The position numbers were made by a program, and so were the translations under genes. A stretch of DNA of 41,190 nt from Vitrella brassicaformis CCMP3155 (lineage: Eukaryota; Protista; Chromerida): the NCBI GenBank assembly GCA_001179505.1, contig CDMY01000621.1, forward strand, positions 1 to 41,190, in the 5' to 3' direction. The notes beneath the pieces were generated by a model. That model saw nothing but the letters and a program-made list of their open reading frames with translations, searched no databases and had not been told where the DNA came from. Within the stretch, counting starts at the first letter, position 1. Each line of letters begins with the position of its first letter. Positions 1-10,400 of this stretch are shown in pieces.

Positions 1-128
1 GTGCTGATGGGGCGGGGATTGATCCCTCCTCCCCTTGAGCCTGTTTGACTCTGCGTGCTGATGGGACTGTATTTGTATGAGTATCACGGACACACAGACG
101 AGTGTTACGGTTAATGACAGTTTCTCCC

Positions 129-307
129 CTGATCAACGAGCGGGCTGAATCGGGTGTCAGCCGTCACTGATAGGGCAGAGGGGCGATACTCCATCCATCA
201 TCACGGCGAATTAGCCGGCCCTTCCGCTTATAGGCACCGACGCCATCCTTCCGCCTCTTTCTCCCTTAGCAGCGCATGCAATCCGGCGGCGATCCACCTT
301 GCGAGCT
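129..307 (+). repeat. Dispersed non-coding element, copy 1 (upstream of SURF1); inverted relative to the copy at 22453-22643
   Basis: Core 134-234 matches the reverse complement of 22536-22638 with 3 substitutions and one 2-nt indel. Weaker similarity continues through cgacgccatcc, cctctttctccct and cttgcgagct (298-307). Confidence 0.9.
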
Positions 308-412
308 GTACTTTTTCTCTGAGCGACGCGGAGGTGGTGCTGGTGCTGCTGACCAAGATCTTGTTCAAGATCTCCCTCTAGTGACGCGCCACCTGCGCGG
401 TCCTCAACAACA

Positions 413-1271
413 ATGCTCTCTGCATCACTCCGGCACGTCCGGCGCGTGGCTCTCCCCCCCCGCCCCTCTGACCCTGCCCACTCTCTACCCTCGCAGTGCC
501 ACAACATCGTCAGACCGCCCCCCGGCTCCTTCCGCCTAGTCCACGGCCGCATCCGGCAGCCTCCCCTTGCGTCCATCTGGACGGGATGGAAGGGCACCGA
601 GTCGCGAGATGAGAAGGAAGGCGCCAAAGATGACAACGATGACCACATGGCGAATAATGTGTCGGCATCGGCTGACCAGGCTGTGGCCAAGGGCGGCGGT
701 GGTCAGGCCGTTGGTGGTGGTCAGGGCGGTGGAGATGGTGTGGTTGATGACCATGACCATGAGGCTGGGGAGGGGGACTTTATGGATGGGAACGAGGAGA
801 ACACGCCGATCCGGAAGTTCAACCAGGGCAACCTTATGGGTCAGAGGATATGGCGGGCCACGGCGGAGGACATCAAGATCCTCAGGAAGGCGCCGTACAA
901 GTACCCCCTGCCCATCGAGATGCCGGTGAGTGCGTGACCGACACACAGACACACATGAGGGAGTGCACTGTGTGCTGGACTGCGTGAGCCGTGTGCTTGT
1001 GTGTGTGTGTGTGTGTGTGTTTGTAGGGTACGATTGTGATCCGCATCGTACGCCTGTCTGAGCCCGTGACGAGCCCCATTTCCCGAGCTATAGCGAATGC
1101 TCAATGTGAGTGAGTTCACCACCCACACCGAAATCATCACATCAGCGGCTTCTCTGTCTGCTGTTTCTTTATCAGTTGGCATTCGTGAGGACGAGAGGTG
1201 GCGGCTGCTGTTTTGGGGGTTTCTGTGCTCGGGTGTCTTGTGCAGTGCTGGCCTCTGGCAGCTGTATAGGT

Positions 1272-1304
<33 letters not shown>

Positions 1305-2840
1305 GGGCGGAGGGACGGAAGCGTGTCATTGTGGTATGGCGTGTGGAATCCACAGGATGAAGTGGAAGGCTGATTTGATAGAGAAGCGGCGCAGTCGCCT
1401 CTCTATGCCCATGACCGTCGTCACAGGCAGCCCATTCCCATGGTGCTCACACACACACACACACATACACACACACAAACGGCAGACACACAGACCCACG
1501 GGAATCCTCCGTGTGTGTTGCAATGCAGGACGGATGATCTCGAGAGCTGGGCTTATCGCCTTGTGGAGCTGAGGTACGAGAGCACATATTAAACACCTCC
1601 CTCTCACGGCTGTGTGCGAGTGTGTGTGCCTGTAGGGGTGTTTACGACCTGAGGAGGGAGATGAAAGTGGGGCCCAGGCCGGGACTCAGCAGAGACAAAG
1701 TCAGACAGACAATCAGACACACACCGTACCACTGTCACACTCACCCCCCTGTCCTGTGCGGACGTGTTTGTTATGGTTGTCAGCCTGGCTACAACATTGT
1801 GTGCCCCCTCGTACTCGAGGACGGGTAAATAGACAGACAAACAGTCAAACAAACAAACAAACCACAAGGGTACCATGTGTCCGCGTGTGCATGCGTGTGT
1901 ATGGTCAGGACTCGTGTGTTGATCAACCGAGGTCACATCAACTTCGAGTACGCTGAAGCCGATGTCCGCAGAGAGGTCAGCTGCACTCAGCACCCACGCA
2001 GCCTTCACACAGACAGACGCACCGCAAATGTGTGTGCGCTCTCCCACCATGGCTGGCTAACAGATCCCCGAGTGGCTCAGCGTCCGAGCCGTCATCGATC
2101 CCGGCGAGATTGTAAACACACACACGAAGCAGACCATTCACTCATTCACCTCTCGCTCACCTCTCCCTCCCCTCCCTTGCTCTCCCTCAGCCCAACTTCC
2201 GTTGGTTGAATCCGCTGGGTCGTCTGAAGAACAGACCCGACGACAACATGTTCCACTCAATGAGGGCAGAGGACCTGGCACAGAGGTCGGGGGCGCCCAA
2301 CATCCAGGCCTGCTCACAGGCTGTCCTCAACGCTTTCGGTCAGTCAGGCACACAGCACACGCAGGGCGACGTGGGCGGGGAGGGAGGGAGGGGGGGCGGG
2401 GAGAGAGATTCGTGTCGTCTGTGTGTGTAAATGTGGTGCAGACGCCATTTACGATGAGGACAAGTACCTGCCGCCCAACAGTAAGCAGCACAGCAGAGAG
2501 AGAGAGAGAGAGGGAGGGATGTGTGTGTGTGAGTGGATATTGCGTGTCGCGTGTGTGCACACGTATGTCAGTGCGCCGTCGTCGGTTCACGAGTGAGTTC
2601 GACATGAAGGGCAAGAAGGACTACCTCCTCTTCTGGGCCGACGAATTCACACACTTCAACTACGCCATGCAGTGGTACGTCTGTGTGTGAGTGGGCTGCC
2701 GACCTACCTACCTACCTAGTGCGGCCATTGAAGCGCACACACGCCATCGCCTACGTGTCTGTGTCAGGTTCGGCATGGCGGCCTTGGCTGCGGTGATGAC
2801 GGTGTCCAAGTTCATCCAAGTCAGCAGATGGAGGTTCTGA
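413..2840 (+). CDS. SURF1: SURF1/Shy1 cytochrome c oxidase assembly protein, about 13 exons
   Basis: Manual splicing is phase-consistent and gives ...GLWQLYR|MKWKADLIEKRRSRL...PGYNIVCPLVLEDG|TRVLINRGH...FTHFNYAMQW|FGMAALAAVMTVSKF. These are the SURF1 hallmarks (GxWQxxRxxWK after TM1, GY..PL..LVNRG, H..YA..WF before TM2). The Arg-rich N-terminus MLSASLRHVRRV resembles a mitochondrial presequence. Confidence 0.92.
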
Positions 2841-3525
2841 CCGGGCGGCCGTGTCGATGGATGCAGTCAGTTGTTGTTGTGCGTACGCCCCGTCCATTTG
2901 GAGTGTCGTGCTGTCTTGTCTGATCGCGGGATTGTTGCCATAACCGACGTCGGGGCTGATCGTCGTCGGTTGCAGCAGCGAGTCGGAGGGCGAACGTGAG
3001 ACAGCATGGTGCAGCAGAGAGGAGGGGCCTCCTCGGTGCGTTGTGTGTGTATGTGCGCGTGTGAGAGAGAAATTGGACCGGCTTGTTTTGGTTGAGTTGT
3101 CTGCTGATCGATAGAGAGAGTGCGTTTCCCGCCTTGTTTGTACATGCATGTCCTCCCGGGTTTGGGCTGCACATGGACCTGGCTGTTGGTATCAGCAATG
3201 GCCGGGCTCATGCGCTCGCATTCGGTACGGCGCGCGCAGACAGGGGGAAAAGGACGGCTCGATGGATGGATGGATGGACCTGTTGAGGTGAATTACACAC
3301 ACGCGAGAGACGTGTCTGTCTGTCTGGGTGGGTCGCTGGGTGGGTGGCTGTACACTCAGTCAGCAGTGTCAATCAACGCATATATACACACAGGAAGAGC
3401 AGAGGAGGAAATGCGATCAATCATCACCATCAATCAGACTTTCGCACATTGACTGACACAGTGGCTGAAAAAGCACTGATATAGATAGATAGACCTGAGC
3501 TGGCGTGTGAACCCCCCCCCCCCCC

Positions 3526-3825
3526 NNNNNNNNNNNNNNNNNNNNNNNNNNNNNNNNNNNNNNNNNNNNNNNNNNNNNNNNNNNNNNNNNNNNNNNNNNN
3601 NNNNNNNNNNNNNNNNNNNNNNNNNNNNNNNNNNNNNNNNNNNNNNNNNNNNNNNNNNNNNNNNNNNNNNNNNNNNNNNNNNNNNNNNNNNNNNNNNNNN
3701 NNNNNNNNNNNNNNNNNNNNNNNNNNNNNNNNNNNNNNNNNNNNNNNNNNNNNNNNNNNNNNNNNNNNNNNNNNNNNNNNNNNNNNNNNNNNNNNNNNNN
3801 NNNNNNNNNNNNNNNNNNNNNNNNN
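3526..3825. other. Assembly gap (300 N) flanked on both sides by poly-C
   Basis: Run of N directly visible; C-runs at 3512-3525 and 3826-3839. Confidence 0.99.
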
Positions 3826-4340
3826 CCCCCCCCCCCCCCAGGGTACGGGCACGGTGGATGGATGCATGCCCAAAAAAGTGACCGACACACCCAGACACAC
3901 CACACACACACACATATAAGATAGGATGAATGACATGCTCGCTTGCCACACGTGTGAACGCGTAGATGTCCTGTACGTGTTGTATGCATGCATCATGCAC
4001 CAAGTCGATTAAGTGGGCGGCTGTCTTCTTCGCTGAATTAGCACGAGCTGGGCCCCTCTGTCTGTCGGTCTGTCTGTCTGTCTGGTGAGACATAAATAGC
4101 ACTCTCACACGCACGCCGTATGGATGGATGGATGGATGGATGGATGGATGGAGACAGGCAGACAGTGAGGTGGCGTAAGGAAGGGCGAGACACACAGAGA
4201 AAGTCAGGAGAAAAATCACTCACCGACCAGACCAATGGATGGAGGCATTGCATTGCATTGATGGACGGATGGACAAAACCAAACCAAAAAGGACTCACAG
4301 AAAAATCCAAACCAAATCACCTACCTCCCTCCCCACCCAC

Positions 4341-4367
4341 CTATAATGGGGGGTCGACCAAGGCCCC

Positions 4368-4429
<62 letters not shown>

Positions 4430-7400
4430 GTGCGCATTCCCGTGCACTCATACCCACCACAACCAAGCCGCCGCCTCATTTCATTTCTCCCCACCTCACC
4501 TGGCAGGTTGAATCCCTCCTTGAGGCCGCCATTGGTATCCAGCAGGCCGTAGAAGTCCTCAAACCCGCACTTTTCGTAGTCAAAGTCGCCACCCTCGCCC
4601 ACATGCTCGCAGTTGAAGAACCGCCACCGCCGCGGCGCGTCTGTCGACGCAAAGTGGAACACACACCGCTCACGCACCCCTCCCTGCTGCACCACCACAC
4701 CACTCCCAGCAGCCATCTGGACCTGCTCCTTCTTATCTGGGGGCTGCTGTGGATCGGCTGCCGACGGTGGCGCGACGACGATAGGCCGCCTGACGACAAA
4801 CTGCGGGCTGATGGAGGACTTCTCCGCCGTTGGTGGTGGGCCTTCGAGCTTGGGGAGGGCTGAGGGGTCGCCGACAAGGTTAGGCAGGTAGGGGCTGCAT
4901 GTCTCCCGGGTCTCCTGGTCTTGCCAGAGACACAGCTGCCACGCGGTGGGCGGGGGCGATGATCCTCCTGGGAAGCGGAAGACCTCCCACCTGAAGTACC
5001 ACCTGCCGTTCCAGTAGTCGTGGGGAGACGTCCAGTCGGCTGGCCAGCCCGCACGCGCTGACGCCGGAGGGGCGTAGTCGTAATCGTAATCGTACTCGTC
5101 TTCTCCTCCGTCTGGTGCTGCTTCGGTCGGCTGGCCTTCGAGCTTGTCGAACCAGAAGCCGCGCTCCGCATCGCCCGGTCCCCCCACCCTGCTCAGGGTC
5201 ACCACCCTGTCCACCACCAGAAACTCCGTCTCGCTCTGACCACCACCACTAGCACCACCACCACCTCCTCCTCCTCCTCCCTCGCCCGACATGTACGCCG
5301 CCCAGTCGTTTGAGAACTCTGCGCCCTCGGCCACAGCGATGATGGTGACGCGCATCTCAAGAGGCAGGTAGTCGACGGCCCTGTCCCAGCATGACTCTTT
5401 GTCGACTGAGAGGTCAGACACGATGCAGCCCCAGGGGGAGTCGTTGCCGTCGAGGGCCCGGAGGGGGCCGCCGATGAAGTCTAGGTCGGTTGGGCGGGCG
5501 AAGTCCACTGGCTTGTCGGCTGTGGCGTGCCACCAGTCGGTGGCGGGCGTAGACACGCTGTAGACGATGTGACTCCGGTTCGCTGCACACGCGTGTTGGG
5601 AGGCATTTGGTGTGTCTGTGTCTGTGTCTGTGTGTGCGAGGTTGTTACTTGTCTCTGAACGGAGTTCCAGCGGCAGGTCATCCACCGGCATCATCAGGGG
5701 ACGCTGTCTTTTCTCCTCATCTTCCTCCGGCTCAGGCTCTATCGGCTCCATAGGCTCCATCCCCGCTGCCTCTTCTGTGTCGACTGTCTCCACCTCGCCC
5801 CCGTCCCGTGTGACCGACAGCTGGTAGTCATAGTAGCTGTCATCACCACCAGGCCGCTTGTCGTTGGACGTCACATAGGGGCTGCACCCCTCCCGCCCCC
5901 CCGTCTGCCACACGCACACCTGCCACGCCGAGGGGGGCGGCCCGTCGCCATCCGGTCGGCCGAAGATCTCCCATCGCGTGTGCCAGCTGCCGTGGTAGTA
6001 GTCGAAAGGGTCCATCCAGCTGTCGGGGTAATCCGCCACTGCAGCGGCGCTCTGCTGGTCGAGGGCGTGCCACCAGAAGCCGTGGTGGCTGCCGGGGTCG
6101 CCGGCGCCCTTGGCCACGGTGACGATCTTGTCTAGGACGAGGAGCTCGCCGAAAGCCAGGGGCAGGTTTGGGTTGTTGAGGTAGTGGACCCAGTTGCCCG
6201 AGAAGTCGGTTCCGTCTGCCACGGCGACGATGGTGACGCGCATCTCGAGAGGCAGGTAGTCGTCAGCCCGCTCCCAGCAGGACTGGGAGGGCGATGTGAG
6301 GTCCGACACGATGCAGCCCTCCTCGGTGCCGTGTGCGCCGTCGAAGGCACGGACGGGGCCGCCGACGCGGGTCTTGCCGTCGACTTGGGAGAGGTCGATT
6401 TGGTTGGACGGATCCTTGTGCCACCAATCCGTGGCGGGGGAGGATGAGCCATAGATCACAATCCCGCTGCCGTCACGAGCTGCAGACAGAGAGACAAGAC
6501 ATGTATACATACATGGCCAGTTTCGATGAGTTGAGTGCGCACCATCTCTGTTAGAGATGGGGCTGAGTTGTGCCGCCTTGAGCTCGACGGCCTCCTCCGC
6601 CTTGTCTTCAACCACCGCCTGGCTGGTGGCGGTGAGCGAGTGCGAGTCGGAGTGCTCTTGAGCAGCAGCAATGGTGGCCTGTGTGCCGGTCGAGACATAG
6701 CTGTAGACGTACTGGAGGAAGTCGTTGGCGTTGCCGATGTCGGCCTGGTCGCCATTGCCGGTGGGCCACCCCGTCTGACCCACATACACAGCTATGTCAG
6801 GATAGCCTGCCCAGCCCAACACACCACACACAACACATCCAGTGATGCAATCTTAATGGTCCTCCTGTGGCAGGGCACCCATACTCACTCACCTAGCCGT
6901 GACAGCGCGGCCTTGAGTGTGTCGACAAGTGCCGCCATCAGCCCGGTGTACTGCGTGCCCGTCCCGTCGTCCGTGTAAGAGCCCTTCCCAAGCGCAAAGT
7001 TCAGGTCGACGTCGGCCTCCCCCTTGGTATACACGTCATACACGTTGACGTTGAACAGCATGGGGGCGCCCTGGCTCTTGAGCACGTCCAGGATGCTCTT
7101 CAGGGCCTCCTGAAACTCATCGACAAACTCGCCTGACGATGGGGGCAGCAACTGACGAAAAAGGAGCAACAAGCGCATTTCAGTGAGACGTGTTGTCGGC
7201 GTGTTCTGCTCTTCTGTGGCTACTTGTTTGAGGATGGTTGGCCCCTCTGCGACTGTGACCCAGAAGGACGCTTGTGCGCTGTCGACGGCCGCCTTGAGGG
7301 TGTTGAGAGATGCGAGCAGCAGCTCAGCCGGGGCTCCGCCCTGGTTCTCGTGCAGTGTGCCGCTGCCCACCACAATCGCCTCCACCTTGTCTTGGAAACC

Positions 7401-10400
7401 CTGTGTGTGTGTGGGAGGGAAAGAGTCCGCATACATATGTGTTGACAAAAGGATGGTCACGTCACCGACTTGACTTACCGTGAGGTGGTCGATCATCTCT
7501 TGTGCCTTTGCCTCGGTCATGCCGAGCTGGCCGTTGGAGATGCCGACATAGATGCGGCATGGGTCGCTGCCGAAGGCCGACGAGACGCTCTGGGCCTCGC
7601 TCTGCAGCGGGAACAGACTGTTCTCCCACGTCTTGATGTACTCCACTCCCGCACTCTGACATGACACACGCAAGACAACACACACACAGGGCACGCACGT
7701 CGAGGGAGGCACAATTATATGGACGCGCAGCCCCACCGCCACCCCCGCCCACCTTGAGTGCGTCGATTGATGATTGGATTGTGTCCTCCGAAGCCACCAG
7801 ATTGACACCCCAGCACCAGCCTTCACCAGGAGTCTCCGGAGGCGTCTCCGGAGGCGGCGGTGGACCATCTTCAGGAGGCGGTGGGCCCGGTGTGGTTGTG
7901 GTCGTCCCGTCAGGTGGAGGCGGTGGGTTCGGCGCTTCCGTCGAGCCATCTGGTGGGGCCGCAGATGGACTAGCTGTGGTGTCTGGCTGTGGAATGGGCG
8001 TCATCGGAGGGTCCGTCATCGGTGGCTCCATTGAGGGTGTCAGTGGCTGAGTGGTGGGCATCGATGTGGAGGGGTCTGACGGCTGGGTGGTCGGCACCAC
8101 TGACGGCATGTCGGTAGGGGTGGGCACCACCTCGGTCGGCGTGGGGGGTGAGGATGGCACAGATGAAGGATCGGACTGGGCCGTCTGGTACACTGCAGAG
8201 AGAGGAAGACAGGCAGACACAGCACAGCACAGCGACACACACCTGCCTGCGACTGCAGCATTCCCTCCCATTTCGTTTGTTCGCCTGCTTACGCATGAGA
8301 ATGGACGGCGAGCCATCGACGCCCAGAATGTTGAGCGGCATGGCGGTGACCTCCACATACTCCTCACCCTCGAACAGCTTCATAATCTCGTTTATCGGCT
8401 CATACACGACCCCCCCGTTGTCACCCGTCGCCGTGTATGGCTGGTCCTTGTCGACGCTCCGCACGGACCCGCTCTTAAAGGTCGCCATCATCCCCGTCGG
8501 CCCCCGGATCTCGAAGCCGCCCGCACTGACCTTGGCGTCGCACTCGACGGCCACGACGGCGAAGGTAGTGGTGCCGTCCCACTCCTCCTCCATGAGCTTG
8601 GTCAGGTCGACGGTGGCCGTGTCGGTTAGGTGGTCGGCCCGGAAGAACCAGGGGGTCGTGACGGGCTCCTTGTCCGCATTGAGAGGGATCAGCTCGAAGC
8701 CAATGAACTTGGGATCTGAATGAACACAGCACGAACGACACGGCCGTGCCAGACAGACCGACATGGACGGAATACATGTCATGTCGGCCAGACGACACGG
8801 CAGGTGGTGCTCAGGTTGGGAATGTCGCGTCGCACCTGAGCAGGGTCTCCCCTGGATGTAGATTGATATCTCGAGCTGAACGCCCGGCGTCTTGTCGGCG
8901 GACATCGGCGTCGCCCGCAGGATGTAGTGCCCGTCGGGCACCACTTCCTCCTCCGACTCGCCAGTGAGGGCATCCATCAGCGACTTGAGCAGCGTCCTCG
9001 TGTCGCCCTCCGACTCCTCAGTGCCGAATGCCGCCCACGCCCAGTCCTGTGGGGTGCCTTCATCTGGGGTGGGCGTGGTTGATGATGACGGTACGGGGAC
9101 CTCTGGATCGGGCGATGTCGGCATGGCTGGTGCGGTGGTCGGCATCGGTACAGTCGTCGGCATTGGCGTGGTCGACGACAAGAACCCATCTGGTACGGGT
9201 GTTGTGGTGGACGTGATGGGTATCTCAGGAGGGGTGGTGCTTGTGGCGGGCGACTGCTCTGGAGCAGGCTCTTCAGGGGCGGGATTGACAGGCACCAATG
9301 GATCCTGAGGCTTAACGACCACCCACGGCTCGTCAATCACGGTGTTCCCGGGCGGATTGCATCCGAAATTGTTCATCGCACAAGCCGGCCGCTGGCAGGA
9401 GAAACACACGGGGCTGCGAGTGGGCCGCCGGGGCCAGGCCTTCCGGCCGTGGTGGCCGATATGCAGCGGCTGCCGATACATCCTGCGGAATGTCAGGGAG
9501 TCGGCCGTCTCTTGCGTGTCGTTGAGACTGTCCACATCCAGCGCCGTCGCCAGGGATTTGGCCGCCTCAGGAGGCACAATCTTGTACGCCATTGCCGACG
9601 CGGGCGGCTCCTCAGCAAAAGTCATGTTCTTGGCCAGCTCGCTGAGCGACAGCCGTTGAGCGGAGGCGGCGAGTCTCCCATCGTCAAGAATCGCCTTGGC
9701 TTCATACTCAAAGATCGCCTCGCCGGTCTCATTTGCGTTTGCGGCCGGGTTGAAGAGCTGAAAGAAGACGGTATCGACGCCATGGTTGGACTTGCCGAGG
9801 ACCAAGAAGGTGAAGTGCTGCACCATGGTTGCATCGAGGAACATGGTGCGGTGGGTGGAGAGGTCGATGGGCCCGCTGCGGGACACCACACTCCCGTCTT
9901 CATCAAGCTCGACGAACTCCATCTCCATGACTGTTTCTGCCGGGTGCGCAGGGACCGCTGCAGCTGCATCTGTGCTTGCCTCTGACTGCACGTTTGTCTG
10001 GGCTTGACCGACTGTCGTCTTTGGTTCACCGGCTCCTCGACTCCGACGCTTGTAGTTGATGAAGCGCTCTGAATGATAGATAGAGGGAGCGCGGACGAGA
10101 GAAGCCATGATTGGGTGTGATTGGCTTGGCCTGGCCAAGCCTTGCTCGGTATCTCACAAACCCACTGACTCACCCCATTTTCGTTTGATCTCCTCGGTGG
10201 TTTCGGTGAGGATGCTGCTGCTGAGGGGGCTCCTGCTCTGAAGGCCTCGCAGCACTGACGATGACAACGACTTGCCTGATCAACGGCCGGCCGGCCACAC
10301 ACATTGAATCTTGAATCAACAAACCTCACAGCCAGGCGGTGTGTCTGCCCGGTCGGTCGGTCTCACCATGTGGGTCAAGCAGGCTCATAAATGGCAGGTA

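Noticed and set aside
2880-3290. Short ORFs or exon-like pieces downstream of SURF1
   Set aside because: No start-to-stop phase-consistent model or recognisable motif; treated as 3' UTR or intergenic.
3417-4219. ORFs listed across the N gaps (also 12658-13408)
   Set aside because: They are open only because N codons contain no stops; the flanks are microsatellite.
4090-4430. (GGAT)n, (CA)n and (GA)n arrays as CRISPR or telomeric repeats
   Set aside because: These are simple microsatellites without unique spacers or a telomere-type unit; the context is eukaryotic and has no cas genes.
8051-9985. Long + strand ORFs antisense to the GH17-like gene (similarly 23306-24082 and those opposite PHAF1 and the metacaspase)
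   Set aside because: Shadow ORFs caused by high GC3 coding on the other strand; the translations carry no motifs or splice-consistent structure.
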